Assembly: GCF_036365525.1 (NCBI RefSeq) | Contig: NC_090404.1 | Location: forward strand, 4,650,001 to 4,714,000 | Source of the DNA: Heterodontus francisci | Taxonomy: Eukaryota | Direction of reading: 5' to 3' | Length of the DNA stretch: 64,000 nucleotides | In this document: piece after piece, positions 14,661-27,529 of the stretch | How positions within the stretch are numbered: the first letter of the stretch is position 1 | How the letters are laid out: each line of letters begins with the position of its first letter | The notes under the pieces: generated by a model | Databases searched by the model: none | What the model was told of the DNA's origin: nothing | The model's input: the letters and a program-made list of their open reading frames with translations, nothing else | Position numbers and translations under genes: made by a program

Positions 14661-14980
14661 CGACATTGGGGACGGAAGTGACTGTTCAGAGAGGTAGAAA
14701 TGGACGGGAGAAGAAATTCCAGCCGGTCGAATAACAACTCGGCACTGTTTCTTCCTTTCCAGTTCTGTAAGGTCGCAGTCTCTATTTCTGAAGTTCAGAC
14801 TGGAACCGCAGAGATAAAACTCTGCCTGACACCGCTTATTGTCCTGATCACAGGTCGGTACCATTAGAAACTCCCTGCAACATTCGCCAATCATCATTAA
14901 ATTTCCCATCTCCAGCTGTGGGTCACTTTCACTTTATTGTACTTCATCTAACATGCTGGGTGTCCGCTGTTTATTTTCAG

Positions 14981-15287
14981 AGATGGGTAACAGAGACTCA
15001 GGGCTCCAGTAAGAACAAGGAGTTGGATCAGTAAATTTAGCAATAATCTATAGTTGTTCTGCATGGTTTCACTTGCCAGCTGTAACCTGTTCTGGTATCA
15101 CCAGTATCCACACCGAGCTCCTTAGTATCTGTTCAGAACCGATAGTCACGAAAATAAGGAAACGGCTCCCGGTTTTGAACACTTCAGCGGTAATCTCAAC
15201 CGGATGCAAGGCACTTTTCTCCTGCCTTTGAAAGGCTTGAGGATCACAGACAACGACTATTATTACTGCACCATAAGACCCACAGTG
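14981..15287 (+). pseudogene. TCR alpha/delta-type V pseudogene (heptamer intact, nonamer lost)
   Basis: TTTTCAG acceptor; NLFWYHQYPHRAP*YLFRTDS...FSGNLNRMQGTFLL...ITDNDYYYCTIRP then CACAGTG at 15281-15287. Confidence 0.85.
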
Positions 15288-15549
15288 AATAAGATTCCTC
15301 GAGCAGAACACAGGTCGGCATTAAGGGTGGGCGCCAAGAAAATACATGGGATTGAATCCCATTTCAGTTTGCACAGAAAATGAAGGGAATATGCACTTTT
15401 TGCGAGCTATTTTCTCAGTCAGTGCTCTCACCGTTGTGAAAGGTAACATTTTTGCAGCATTTGAATCTTGGGTCAAATTCAGATATTCCCAGCTACCTGT
15501 TAACAATGACTTGCAGATCTCTGGGATGAATAACAGGATCGATCTGTCC

Positions 15550-15860
15550 AAGTAACATATCCGTCAGGCCACATCTTGCAAAGTTTCTGGAATTGCATTG
15601 GTAACAAAAGCGGCTGAATGAAATCATCACTTTACTGGTACAAGTTGAACATAAGTGATACCGCACACCGATTTGAAGAGGAGTGGCTACTTATAATGTC
15701 CCTGATAGCCTTAGGACTGTCTCAATGATGTTCATGCTCGGGAGGGTATTCATTCATACCAGGGCTTGAGAGCAAATCGAATTATTTCACCTTAATTAGA
15801 GAGAGATCTATTTCTCATATAACATAAAGATATCCAGTTAGACAACAATGGAGACAATGT
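15550..15860 (+). pseudogene. Possible highly decayed V-domain remnant
   Basis: In-frame C(15594)-x13-W(15636) in NCIGNKSG*MKSSLYWYK; later KDIQLD-like FR3 remnant; no RSS found. Confidence 0.4.
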
Positions 15861-16165
15861 GAGAAAGAAGCAGAAAGACTGCCAACGAGATAAACAACAA
15901 GTGACTGAGACAGGGAGAAAGATGCACAAACGTATTCAGGGAAGAAAGTATTGGTGAGACACAGCAGTAATTAGTCCTCAACGAACCTGATTGGTTCACA
16001 GTTGACATAATATCTGAGCCACCAGCCAACGTAACCCAGAGAAACACCCGTCCGTTTTCCAATAAGTGAATTCTGCCTCGATCAAAGGTCATTCTTCAAT
16101 ATCGGATTGGAAAATTAACAATTAAAGCATTCTACTATTTTCAGTCGAACGCTAAACCAGACAGC

Positions 16166-16632
16166 ATGTGCTTCCTACGTTTCTTACTGATGATACTGGT
16201 CTTGTTGTCCGGTGAACCTATGTTTAAAAGATCAGTGTGTCCTCCATTGGTTATATTCAGTCTTCTAATTTCGACTTCTGTGTATTGTTACAGGAATGAG
16301 TGGTGACGATTCAGTGTCCCTGGACCCACTTGAATTAACGGTTCAGGAAAGACGGGCGGTAATTCTGAACTTTAGTTACACGACAGCGTAGCCTGACTTA
16401 AATCTCTTCTGGTACATGCAGTATCTGAGGGAAGCTCCGAGATTTTACTGAGAACATGCAGCATGGTACAGGGGGATAAATCTCCAGATTTTCCAGATTC
16501 TGGTGAATTGGTCAAAGAAAAGAAAACAGTTCCTTCAAAAGTCGACGGGGCTCTTGTCTCTGACTCTGCGGTGCGTTACTGAGTCCTCCGCCTCACACTG
16601 TCAGAGGAGCGCAGTCTGTCAGTACAAACATG
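16166..16632 (+). pseudogene. TCR alpha/delta-type V pseudogene with leader exon and 23-RSS
   Basis: Leader MCFLRFLLMILVLLS|GTGAAC (16166-16211). V exon from 16294: GMSGDDSVS...LTVQERRAVILNFSYTTA*PDLNLFWYMQYLREAP, frameshift, ...SDSAVRY*VLR. CACACTG-23-ACAAACATG (16594-16632). Confidence 0.88.
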
Positions 16633-17589
16633 TCAAAGGACTCTCACCTCCTCTCACTGAATCTGGATTGTTATCTGATAATGGAACACAAACCAAACTA
16701 TGAAGATAAACACATGGGTCAATTTATAGATGGGTAGTTCATTAAACAGTTAGAAAGATAAATGGACAGTCTCGCCGCCTTCACTTTCTCCTTCAATGAT
16801 CTCTTCCTCCTTTGTTTGAAAGTATCCAGCTGCTGCAGACAAGCGCCTGTGAATTCCGGCTGTGGAGTCTGTGAGTATAAAGCTCAGTGTGTTTCACAGC
16901 TCAGTAACGGGTTGGTTCTTGTTCGTTTGGGAGCTGAATGATGAGATAGTTGGACATTAGCACTTCAGTCATCATTCCGATTGCCCGACTGCAACATAAC
17001 CAAGAGGTGGATCGGATCATGAAGAATATAAAACAGTTAACTCTGGATATAACTTTAAATTAAACTGCGGAATTATAGCTTAGGGACACGGGTTCAAACT
17101 ATGAAAGGTCATTTCAGGACCGGTATCAGGAAATTCTTCAGCAATCAATGCGTGGAATCAAGTTCCAGATGCAACAGAAGATGGTCAAACCTGGGATTAA
17201 TTTCATAAAATGATGGATATTCCAAAGGCGAAGGTTGGAGCAGGATGGGGTTGGAGGCATGTTGGTGTTAAACAGTCTATCCTAAGAGTGGCAGAATTCC
17301 AACTCCCGCCCTGCATGATCCTGTGATCTTGTGATCAATCGCAGGAGTCGGCAATTTCTTTTGGACATGCAGTCGCTTGTAGTCACCAGCAGAGGGCACT
17401 AAATGTCTTCACTGTGTTGGTGTCAATGTGGCAGCGACTGCAGCTTCAGTATTGAGTAACTTTACTGAAGAAGCGGATTGAAGAAAAGTTTCGGTAACAG
17501 AAACATTCATTTCAAATGGAAGTTGTTTTTATCGATGTCATGATGAAGGAATAAAATATTATTACTAATGGCGATATTCTGCATTTTGT

Positions 17590-17850
17590 AAGAAGCCGAT
17601 CACCACAGAATCACTCAGTCCATTTGTTGTGACACTCCGCCACTCTCCTCAAAGCTGTCAATTATTCCCTATTGCATTCAAGTAAAAGGTGCTGGCTGTC
17701 TCGTTTATCTGCAGAACAACTGCAAACTTGTTATGCTGGCTGTGGGAAATTCTAATGAGCAGTGCACAGGTCTTCTCGTGGAATTCAATGGCACAGATGC
17801 CAGGACAACATGAATTATTTTCCTCATGCACCAGCCTCACAGACTGGCTC
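17590..17850 (-). pseudogene. Possible decayed TCR V remnant
   Basis: KFAVVLQINETASTFYL and LSDSVV resemble TCR-V FR3; no intact RSS. Confidence 0.35.
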
Positions 17851-18725
17851 TGTTAAAGGGCCAACATTGAGTTTTAACCCCGTCCAGTTCCCTGTTGTGA
17901 GAACAATTTCCCTGTTCACTGCTCTGATGTCATCAATTCTGGATGAAAGGACCGAAGAGCTGATTGGATGAATTGCAGTACTAATGCGCTGAGTGCTGAT
18001 TGGATGAACTGGAGAATAAAGGATTTGTGATCTGATTGGACGAATTAAACAACAAAGGACCCGTGAGTTGACTGGATGTCACCTGCTGTCCAGGCCAGCA
18101 ATGGACCTATCGGGAGAAAGGCTGGATATCGAACAGCATCTTCGAAAGGCCTGATGAAAACAATTCCAGCTTCAATCAGTTCAGTTCATATCAGCCCACA
18201 ACTGTCTGAAAACGTGTTGGATGTTACTTTTTATTTATTCCTCACAGCTGCAGCTCTCTTAACTGGGAAGTTCACAATTTACACAAGGCCGCCTTTCACA
18301 TCTTGATCATATAGTTCATCGGTCTGTTCCCTGAAGACAAGGGTAACAATCGATTGATCGGAAGTGAACAAAGCAATCCGGATCTACCTTGAGTCAACAC
18401 TGAACACTGTTTGAGCAAACTCGACAAGCTCCCCCAATAAGAGAAATTGGAAGAGTTGAGCTGAGATTACAGGGGAATGGCAGACAGACATGGTCCTCCC
18501 CACCAGGGCTAATGACAGACACCGATAGACACACGAGTCTTACACCCATAGGCCGTTTGTAGGCTTCCCTTTACAGTCGATCCCAGCACCTTCCTGTTGC
18601 AGCTTCTGAACTGTGGAAAGTGTATTTGTGTTTACCTGTCCTGAATTCTCAGTTAAGTATTGGGGGTGACGGGCTGATTCTGGGAGATAGACGTTGGTTA
18701 ATTTAATATTGCTCTGTTCTTGCAG

Positions 18726-19071
18726 GACATTGTCGAGGAGACTCCGTTTCACAGACACCGGCTGTAATCACAGTAAGTGAAGGAGACGATGTTCGGTTGC
18801 ACTGCGATTATACAACTACAAGCAGCAGCAATCCTTACCTATTCTGGTACCGTTAGTATCCCAGTGGATACATGGAATATCTGCTGCAAAGAAACAAATA
18901 CAGTGAGGACCGAGAAAGATTTCCAGAGGACCGTTTTTCAGCGTAGCTCGATGATTCGATCCGAACCATCCCGCTGAAAGAATCTAAAACAGAACTGACA
19001 GACTCTGCGGTGTACTACTGCGCACTGAGACCCACAGAGACACAGAGCTGGGCTGATCCTGAACAAAAACT
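18726..19071 (+). pseudogene. TCR alpha/delta-type V pseudogene with near-consensus 23-RSS
   Basis: TGCAG acceptor; GHCRGDSVSQTPAVITVSEGDDVRLHCDYTTTSSSNPYLFWYR*YP...RFSA*LDDSIRTIPL...TDSAVYYCALRP; two stops; CACAGAG-23-ACAAAAACT (19033-19071). Confidence 0.93.
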
Positions 19072-19369
19072 GTCAGAGAGTCTCTCAACATAACAGCAAG
19101 TTAGGGAAACATTGTGATTGGAGGCGAGTGTCTGCATTAGTGATTAGAACTTGTACTGTTAATGTTAATATACAGTTATCCTTTTTCCTGCAATGTTTCA
19201 CTTTTCAAATAATGATCTAATTTCCTTTTAAAAGTAACGATTGAATCTACCTCCACCAACATTTGCAGGCAGTGTCTTATGGAGCATAACATCTCTCTGA
19301 ATAAAGGCAAAATTCTCTTCCTTTTTCCTCTGTTTCTTTTTGCAAGTATCTATGTGTTTTTGCAGATTG

Positions 19370-20845
19370 GCAACACCGGACAGCCCGCTTCTACCTCCTT
19401 CCAAAAATTCACAAACAAGACTGTCCTGGCAGACCCATCGTTTCAGCCTGTTCCTGCCCCACTGAACTTATTTCTTTCTTTCTTGACTCTATCTTTTCTC
19501 AACTGGTCCAGTCTCTTCCCACCTGCATCCGTGACTCTTCTGAAGCCCTACATCGTATTTGACAATTTCCAGTTTCCTGGCCCACACCACCTCCTCTTCA
19601 CGATGGACGTCCAATGTTTCTACACCTCCATCCCCCACCAGGAAAGTCTGAGGGCTCACCGCTTCTTCCTTGAACAGAGGTCTTCGTTATGCCTGCCTTT
19701 TTGTGGGATATGTCGAACATTCCTTGTTCCAGTCCAACTAAGGCCCCCTGACCCAACTCGTTTTCCGGTATATTGATGATTGTATCGGTGCCGTTTCCTG
19801 CACCCGCCCCGAACTGGAAATCATTGTCAACTTTGCTTCTAATTTCCACCCTTCTCTCACCTTTACATGGTCCATCTCCGACACATCCCTTCCCTTCCTT
19901 GACGTCATTGTCTCCATCTCTCGGGATAGGCTGTCTCATATAAGCCCACAGACTCCCATAACTACCTCGACTACACTTCTTCACACCCTACCTCCTGTAA
20001 GGACTTTATTTTATTATCCCAGTTTCTCGGTCTCCAAGGCATCAGTTCCGATGATGCAACCTTCGGCAACAGCGCTTCTGACCTGTTTTCCTCTTTCCTC
20101 AACACAGCATTCCCCGTACCATCCCACACCACCTCCCACGCTCCACCCCCACAGCCACACTGTTGTTGACGGGGCCCTTCAACCATGTCTGGCCTATTTC
20201 CCACACTTCTGCCCGCACCCCTTCCCCTCCATCCCAGAACCGCGACAGGGTTCCCCTTGTCCTCACTTTCCACCTCACCAGCCTCCATATCCAAAGGATC
20301 ATCCTCCACCATTTCTGCCACGTCCAGCGTGATGCCAATACCAAACGCAGCTTCCCCTCCTCTCCCATGTCAGCATTCCGAAGGGATCATTCCCTCCGCG
20401 ACACCCTAGTCAACTCCTCCATTACCCCCAAAGGCCGTCCCCTTCCTATGGCTCCTTCCCATGCAATCACTGGAGGTGCAATACCTGCCCCTTTACCTCC
20501 TCTCTCCTCACTATCCACGGTCCGAAACACTCCATTCAGAAGAAGCAGAGGTTTGCTTGTACTTCCTTCAATGCAGTATACTGTATTCGCTGCTCGCAAT
20601 GCAGTCACCTCTGCACTCGGGAGACCAAAGGCAGATTGGGTGACCGCTTTCGGGAACACCTCTGCTCAGTCTAAAAACATGCCCCGAGCTTCTTGTCGCT
20701 TGTCATTTCAATACCCGCACCCGCTCCCACCCATACAAAGCCCCGCCCCTCCCACCCTCCAACTCCCCCCACACCCCCCCCCCCCCCCACCCCCGCCACT
20801 CTGCTCTCTTGACGACTTCTCTGTCCTGGGCTTGCAGCAGTGTTA
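19370..20845 (+). mobile_element. Penelope-like retroelement (RT + GIY-YIG), decayed; 3' terminal part resumes at about 22660-23030 after a CR1 insertion
   Basis: LLFTMDVQCFYTSIPH, FRYIDD, RVPLVLTFH, YCIRCSQC...RLGDRFREH motifs. Confidence 0.85.
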
Positions 20846-20849
20846 CGTG

Positions 20850-22655
20850 TGCTGTGGACAGAGTGGAACCAGTGGATGGAGCTGACTTAGGTTTCCAGAA
20901 GGCATTTGATAAGGTGCCACATCAAAGGTTATTGCAGAAAATAAAAGCTCATGGTGTGGGGGGTAACATATTGACATGGACAGAAGATTGGTTAGCTAAC
21001 AGCAACAGAGAGTAGGCATAAATAGGTCAGTTTCTGAATGGCAAGATGTAACGAGTGGTGTGTCACAGGGATCTGTGCTGGGGCCTCAACTTTTTACAAT
21101 TTATATAAATGACTTCAATGAAGGGACCGAAGGTATGGTTTCTCAATTTGCTGATGACATAAAAATGGCTGGAAAGTAACTTGCAAAGAGGACATAAGAA
21201 GGCTACAAAGGGATGTAGATAGGTTAAGTGAGTGGGATAAGATCTGGAAAAGTGTGTATAATGTGGGAAAGTGTGAGATTGTCCACTTTGGCAGGAAGAA
21301 TAAAAAAGAAACATGTTATCTAAATGGTGAGAGATTTCCGAGCTGTGAGATGCAGAGGGATCTGGGTGCCCTAGTGCATGAATCGCAAAAGGTTAGTATG
21401 GAGATACAGCACATAATTAGGAAAGCTAATAGAATGTTATCGTTTAATTGAATACAAAAGTAAGCAGGTTATGCTTCAGCTATAAAGGACGTTGGCGTGA
21501 CCACATCTGGATTACTGTGTACAGTAACTGGTTCCTCATTTAAGGAAGGATGTAAATACGTTGGAGGCAGTAGAGAGATGGTTTCCGAGACGAATACCTG
21601 GAATGGATGGGCTTTCTTACCAGGAAAGGTCCTGGGGAAAATTGATATACAGAGAGATTTGGGTGTTCAGGTCCATTGTTCCCTGAAGGTGGCAACGCAG
21701 GTCAATAGAGTGGTCAAGAAGGCATACGGCATGCTTTCCTTCATCGGACGGGGTATTGAGTACAAGAGTTGGCAAGTCATGTTACAGTTGTATAAGACTT
21801 TGGTTCGGCCACATTTGGAATACTGCGTGCAGTTCTGGTCGCCACATTACCAAAAGGATGTGGATGCTTTGGAGAGGGTGCAGAGGAGGTTCACCAGGAT
21901 GTTGCCTGGTATGGAGGGCGCTAGCTATGAAGAGAAGTTGAGTAGATTGGGATTATTTTCATTCGAAAGACGGAGGTTGAGGGGGGACCTGATTGAGGTG
22001 TACAAAATCATGAGAGGTATAGACAGGTTAGATAGCAAGAAGCTTTTTCCCATAGTGGGGGATTCAATTACTAGGGGTCACGAGTTCAAAGTGAGAGGGG
22101 AAAAGTTTAGGGGAGATATGCGTGGAACGTTCTTTACGCAGAGGGTGGTGGGTGCCTGGAACGCGTTGCCAGCGGAGGTGGTAGACGTGGGCATGATAGC
22201 ATCTTTTAAGATGTATCTAGACAGATACATGAATGGGCAGGAAGCAAAGAGATACAGACCCTTAGAAAATAGGCGACATGTTTAGATAGAGGATCTGGAT
22301 CGGCGCAGGCTTGGAGGGCCGAAGGGCCTGTTCCTGTGCAGCAATTTTCTTTGTTCTTTGTTCTTTGAAAGATAGGATAAGGTTGGCTTGCATCAGCTGG
22401 AACTTAGAGGAGTAAGAGGCGACTTGATTGAAACATATAATATCTTGCGGGGGCTTGACAGGGTGGATGTGGAAAGGATGGTTCCCCTTGTGGGAGAATC
22501 TCGAACTGTTACTGTTTAAAATTAAGGTGTCGCCCATTTGAGACCGAGATGAGGAGAATTTTTTTCTCTCAGAGGGTCGGCAGTCTTTTGATTCCTCTTC
22601 CTCAAAAGGCAGTGGAAGCAGAGTCTTTGAATATTATTAAGGTACAGTTAGATAT
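20850..22655 (+). mobile_element. Old CR1 with a young CR1 3' fragment nested at about 21623-22367
   Basis: FQKAFDKVPH RT motif; intact inner ORF 21497-22285 ending in a (TTCTTTG)n tail. Confidence 0.9.
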
Positions 22656-23218
22656 TTTATTTCTTTTCATCATTCGTTTTTTAACCATGTGTCTGCCCAC
22701 TTTTTGTTCGTGTTTGTGCTTTTGGCTTGGGCTGTTCATTATTCTGTCATTTACATCCTCTCTGCACTAATGCTTCGTCCTTCACCACACGATTGGCACT
22801 CTCTTTGCCTTTGCCTTTGCCCCATGACCTCCTTGTCTGTTAATCGTTGACCATCTGTCCTATCAACACTTTCCCTTTTGTTCCCTTTACCCCCAACCCC
22901 GCTTTATTTGTATCTAAGCTATTACATTTCTAAACTTTGCCCATTCTGATGAAAGGTCAGTCACATGAAACGTTAACTCTGCTTCTCTCTCCACAGGTGC
23001 TGAGTGTTTCCATCACGTTTTATTTTTATTAATGTTTTTGTGTCCAGCTATTACTGACCCTCCCTCACACGGGCAACAGTTTCTCTTTATTCACTCTATC
23101 AAAATCCATTTTTTCTTCATATGTCACTCAGTGATCTTTTATTCTTTATATTGTATCCTGCTTTTGTTGGGATTTACTATTCACACATTCTCTAAATGTT
23201 TCTCTCTCTATCCTGCAG

Positions 23219-23556
23219 AGAGCGGCCTTGAAGGCATCACTCATCAACCAAAAGAAAATGTGACAGCTCGGGGAGGAGTGATCTCCACCATGACGAGCTC
23301 CTATACTGAGGTGACGAGAGTTTGCCTGGACTGGTACCGGGATGGTCTCTCCTGGATCCGGAGAAATTCTCATCTACTGCACCGACGGGTTCATTGACAA
23401 TTCGTCTTTTGCAACCCGGCGCTTCACCACATCTTTGGTCAAAAAATACACAGCCATCAGTGAAACAGTTTCACAGGTGGCGGCTGCCAGGAAATACTTC
23501 TGAGTCTTAACACCGCACACAGCCGTGTAGGTTGGGAAAGAGCCTATACATAAACT
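23219..23556 (+). pseudogene. Strongly decayed TCR-type V pseudogene with 23-RSS
   Basis: CCTGCAG acceptor; ITHQPKENVTARGG...SYTE...LDWYR, frameshift, ...RRFTTSL...KYF*VLTP; CACAGCC-23-ACATAAACT (23518-23556). Confidence 0.72.
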
Positions 23557-24339
23557 GAAGATGTAATGACAAGAATACTGTGTCAGTGAACTCGCGGTAT
23601 CATTGTATTTCATGATCGCTACTGAGTGCAATGGTCCAATGGAGAAGCGTAACAATTCTTTCATCCATTTTTCCCTCAGTGTATCATAAACGGACAGATT
23701 GACAATTTTATCGAACATTGTGCACCCAAAGGATTTTATTTTTGTTGACCACAAATTACCGATATCTCGAAAACACTTGGACTCCCAAATTCCTTCATTC
23801 CTCCACAAGAGTCAGCGTCAGAATCAATGACACCATTTCTGGCACAGAATTCCACATTCATACTTCTTACTTTGTGATAAACTTCCTTTTATTTAAAAGT
23901 CAATCTTCTGCTGTTTGAAAGCTCACACTATTGGCTATCTTTATTGTCGCTGTTTCCACAGGGACCAGCAGAGTTTCTTCTTTGCTTTGCATTGTTACAG
24001 TCCATTTTACCAGATTGTGTTGATGAGCGGTCACCTCCTCCTGGGAATGCCCCGCCCACCCACCCCCAACACCTTGGATTCAGTCTCCAATCCTCTCAGT
24101 GATCCTCTCCGCTCAAGAGGACACCTGTCGGGACCTAGGAAGCTCCCGGCAGAAAGGAGGTTCTGTTTGGAATGACTCCGCTATTGACTGGGCAGAGGAG
24201 GGCTGAAGCTCCCGCAATTCACATCAGCTTGCAAACGCCTGGGATGTCGCTGACAGTGACGTTTCAGTCAATGATATTGCATTTGCGAATGTGTGGGTAG
24301 TGAGCCATCTGACACCAACAATCAAGACCATCAAGATTT

Positions 24340-25272
24340 TGAAAGCAAGAAATGCTGGAAATACTCAGTAGGTATGGCAGCATCTGTGGAGAAGAAGCAG
24401 AGTTAATGTTCACTGGAACGGGCAGAGATGTGAGAGCGGGGGGACTGCTGAAATCGCAAGCAACCGGAAGCTCGGGGTCATGCTTTCGGGCTTGGCGGAG
24501 GTGTTCCACAACGCGGTCACCCAGTTTGCGTTTGGTCTCCCCAATGGAGAGGAGACCATATTGTGAGCAGCGAATACAGTATACTACAGTGAAAGAAGTA
24601 TGAGTAAATCGTTGGTTCACCTGAAATGAGTGTTTGGGGCCTTGGATAGTGAGGAGAGAGGAGGTAAAGGGGCAGGTATTACACCTTCTGCGATTGCAGG
24701 GGAAGGTGCCTTGGGAAGGGGACGAGGTGTATTGGTAAATGGAGGAGTGGACCAGGGTGTCGCGGAGGGAATGATCCCTTCAGAATGCAGACATGGGAAG
24801 GGAGGGGAAGATGCATTTGGTAGTGGCATCACGCTGGTCGTGGCGTAAATGGCGCTGGATGATCCCTTTGAATATGGAGACTGATGGGGTGGAAAATGAG
24901 GACAAGGGGAACGCGTTTCTGAGAGGGGGGGGGAAGGAGTGAGGGTAGAGGTGCAGGAAATGGGCCGGACATGGTTGAGGGTCCTGTCAACCACAGAGGG
25001 GGGAAATTCATGGTTGAGGAAAAGGGGAAGTCATATCAGAAGCGCTGTCATGGAAGGTAGCATCGTCAGAGCAGATCCATCGGAGACTGGGACTAGTGTC
25101 TGGGAGAAACTGGGAGAATGGAATGGAGTTCTTACAGGAGGCTGGGTGTGATGAAGTGTAGTCAAGGTGGCTGTGGGAGTCGGTGGGCTTATAATGGATA
25201 TTAGCAGACAGCCTATCCCCAAAGATGGAAACGGAGAAGTCGAGGAAGGGAAGGGCAGTGTCGGAGATGGAC
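24340..25272 (-). mobile_element. Penelope-like element fragment
   Basis: LPFLDFSVSI...HYKPTDSHSHLDYTSSHP; VVYCIRCSQYGLLSIGETKRKLGDR (GIY-YIG). Confidence 0.85.
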
Positions 25273-26029
25273 GGTTTCCCATGATATTTCCTGAATCTGT
25301 AACTCTGCAATGCAGGAGAATCTCTGACGGAGCAGAAATACAAATCCCACTCCCCCTCCACTGCTGATCCAACCAATGACAAGAATGGACCCGCGGCAGC
25401 ACTCCCTCCAATAACACAATCGGGTCAGAGCAAGAGCAGCAAATGGAAGTTGTGGGCGAGGATGCTGCAGACTCAAAATTTGAGTGAAGTGTGAGGCGAC
25501 ACTCTGCTGCACTCGGAACTGATTGAGCGGGAATAGTGTCTGTTGAATCTCCAGAATTCAGTGGCTATTCTCCACCTGCTTACTGTTCAGTTGACTGGGA
25601 AATTTAGAGTGGAAGGAGAATGAAGGTACCAGAATAAGAGAATCTGAGAGCACAGAGTGAGGCCATTCGGCCTATACTCCCGATGCCTCTTTGGAAGAGT
25701 TCACTAATTCATACCTCACCCCCTACATTTTTCGCATTGTCCTGTTTTGTTGTTCATTTTCAAGTATTTTAGAATTCCCTTTCGAAAATTGCTGTTCAAT
25801 CTGCTTCCACCACCCTTTCAAGCAGTACATTCCAAATCTTAACAAATCACCGTGTATTAAATATAACTCAATTTTCCCTGTCATTTTTCAACAACTATTT
25901 TAAATTGGAGGCCTTGGGATACACAATTTTATGCCAGTGGAAACAGTTACGTGCAATCTACTCTATACTGATATATGGAGAACAATCCCAGCTTTCTCTC
26001 GTCCCTCTGCATAAAAGTTCATCATTTTA

Positions 26030-27150
26030 CTTATTCTTTAATCGGAGGTGGGCATCTCTGGTGAGGTCAGTATTTAATACTTGTCTCTACTTGCCTTTAA
26101 TAAGGTGGCGGTGAGCTGCCTTCTTGAACTACCGCAGTCCTGGGGGTGCAGGTTCACCCACAGTGCTATTAGGAAGTGAGCTCCAGGATTTTGATCCAGC
26201 AACAGTGAAGGAACGGCATTTTAGTTTCAAGTCAGGATGGTGTGTGGTTTGGAGGGGAACTTTCAGCTGCTAGCGTTCCTATGTATCTATCGTCCTTGTC
26301 CTTCCAGGTGTTAAAGATCACGGGAATGGAAGGTACTGTCCAAGGCGTCTTGGTGCGTTGCTGCAGTGCATCTTGTAGATGGTACACACTGCTGCTACTG
26401 TGTATGGGTGGTGGAGTGAGTGAATGCTGAAGGTTGTGGATGTGGTGCCGATCAAGCGGGCTGCATTCTCCTGGATGGTGTGGAGCTTCCTGACTGTTGT
26501 TGGAGCTGCACGTCTATAGGCAAATGGAGGGTATTCCATCACACTCCTGACTTATGCATGTAGGCGGTGGACAGGCTTTGTGGAGACAGTAAGTTAGTCA
26601 CTCGCCGCAGAATTCCTAGCCTCTGACCTGCTCTAGTAGCCATAGTACTTTTATGGCTGGTCCAATTCAGTTTCTGGTCAATGATAACCTGCAGAATTAG
26701 GTACGTGGGGGATTCAGCAATGGCAATGGTATTGTACATCAAGGGAAGATGGTTCGATTCTCTTTTGTTTGAGATGGTCATTGCCTGGCACCTGCTTTGT
26801 GTGAAGTTTACCTGCCACTTATCAGCCCAAGCCTGGATGTTGTCCATGTCTTGCTGCATCTGGATACGGACTGCCACAAATGGTGCTGAACATGGTGCAA
26901 TCCTCAGCGAATATACCAATTCTGACCTTATTATTGATGGAAGGTCATTGACGAAGCAGCTGAGGATGGTCTTTCCTAGGACACTACCCTGAGGAACTCA
27001 TGCAGTGATGTCCTGGGACTGAGATGATTGACCTCCAACAACCACAACCATCTTCATTTGTCCAGGTATGACTCCAACCAGCGGAAATGTTCCCCCTTGA
27101 TTCTCATGGGCACCCGTTTTGCTCAGGCTCCTTGATGCTATACTCCTGCT
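26030..27150 (-). mobile_element. LINE (L2/CR1 clade) fragment, same family as 8485-9860
   Basis: QAWADKWQVNF...IDQKLNWTSH; shared 3' UTR. Confidence 0.8.
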
Positions 27151-27529
27151 ACCATTTTGGTTTACTTCCTCTGCACTCGCTTCAATGTCTTGAGATTCTT
27201 TTTCAATAGTGGGGACAGCTGTTAAGCAAACAGGCATATAATTTCCTGTAGTCTGTCACACCCCTTTTTGCGAGTTTTCAATCCTCTCGGAGGTTTCCAG
27301 AATCTAGGGTATTTTGGGAGATTGCAACCAATACATCCACTATCTCTACAGTGACTTCTTTTAAAGGGAGATGGAATGGAGCAAGGTGAGGGGATCCCTC
27401 GGCTGGTGTTCAGTGAGTTCAGGAAGATGGTATCAGAGGGAATGGAGCAGGGAGAGAAGATTCCTGGGGTGATCTTCAGTGAGTTCAAGGAGATGGTGTA
27501 AGAGGGAATAGAGCAGAACAAAGAGGAAG

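Noticed and set aside
13164-23556. NAR-TCR cassette
   Set aside because: No NAR-type V-D-J found upstream of a leaderless supporting V; at least one V has its own leader.
27365-27520. ~63-bp tandem duplication
   Set aside because: Lies among LINE fragments; probably repeat-derived.
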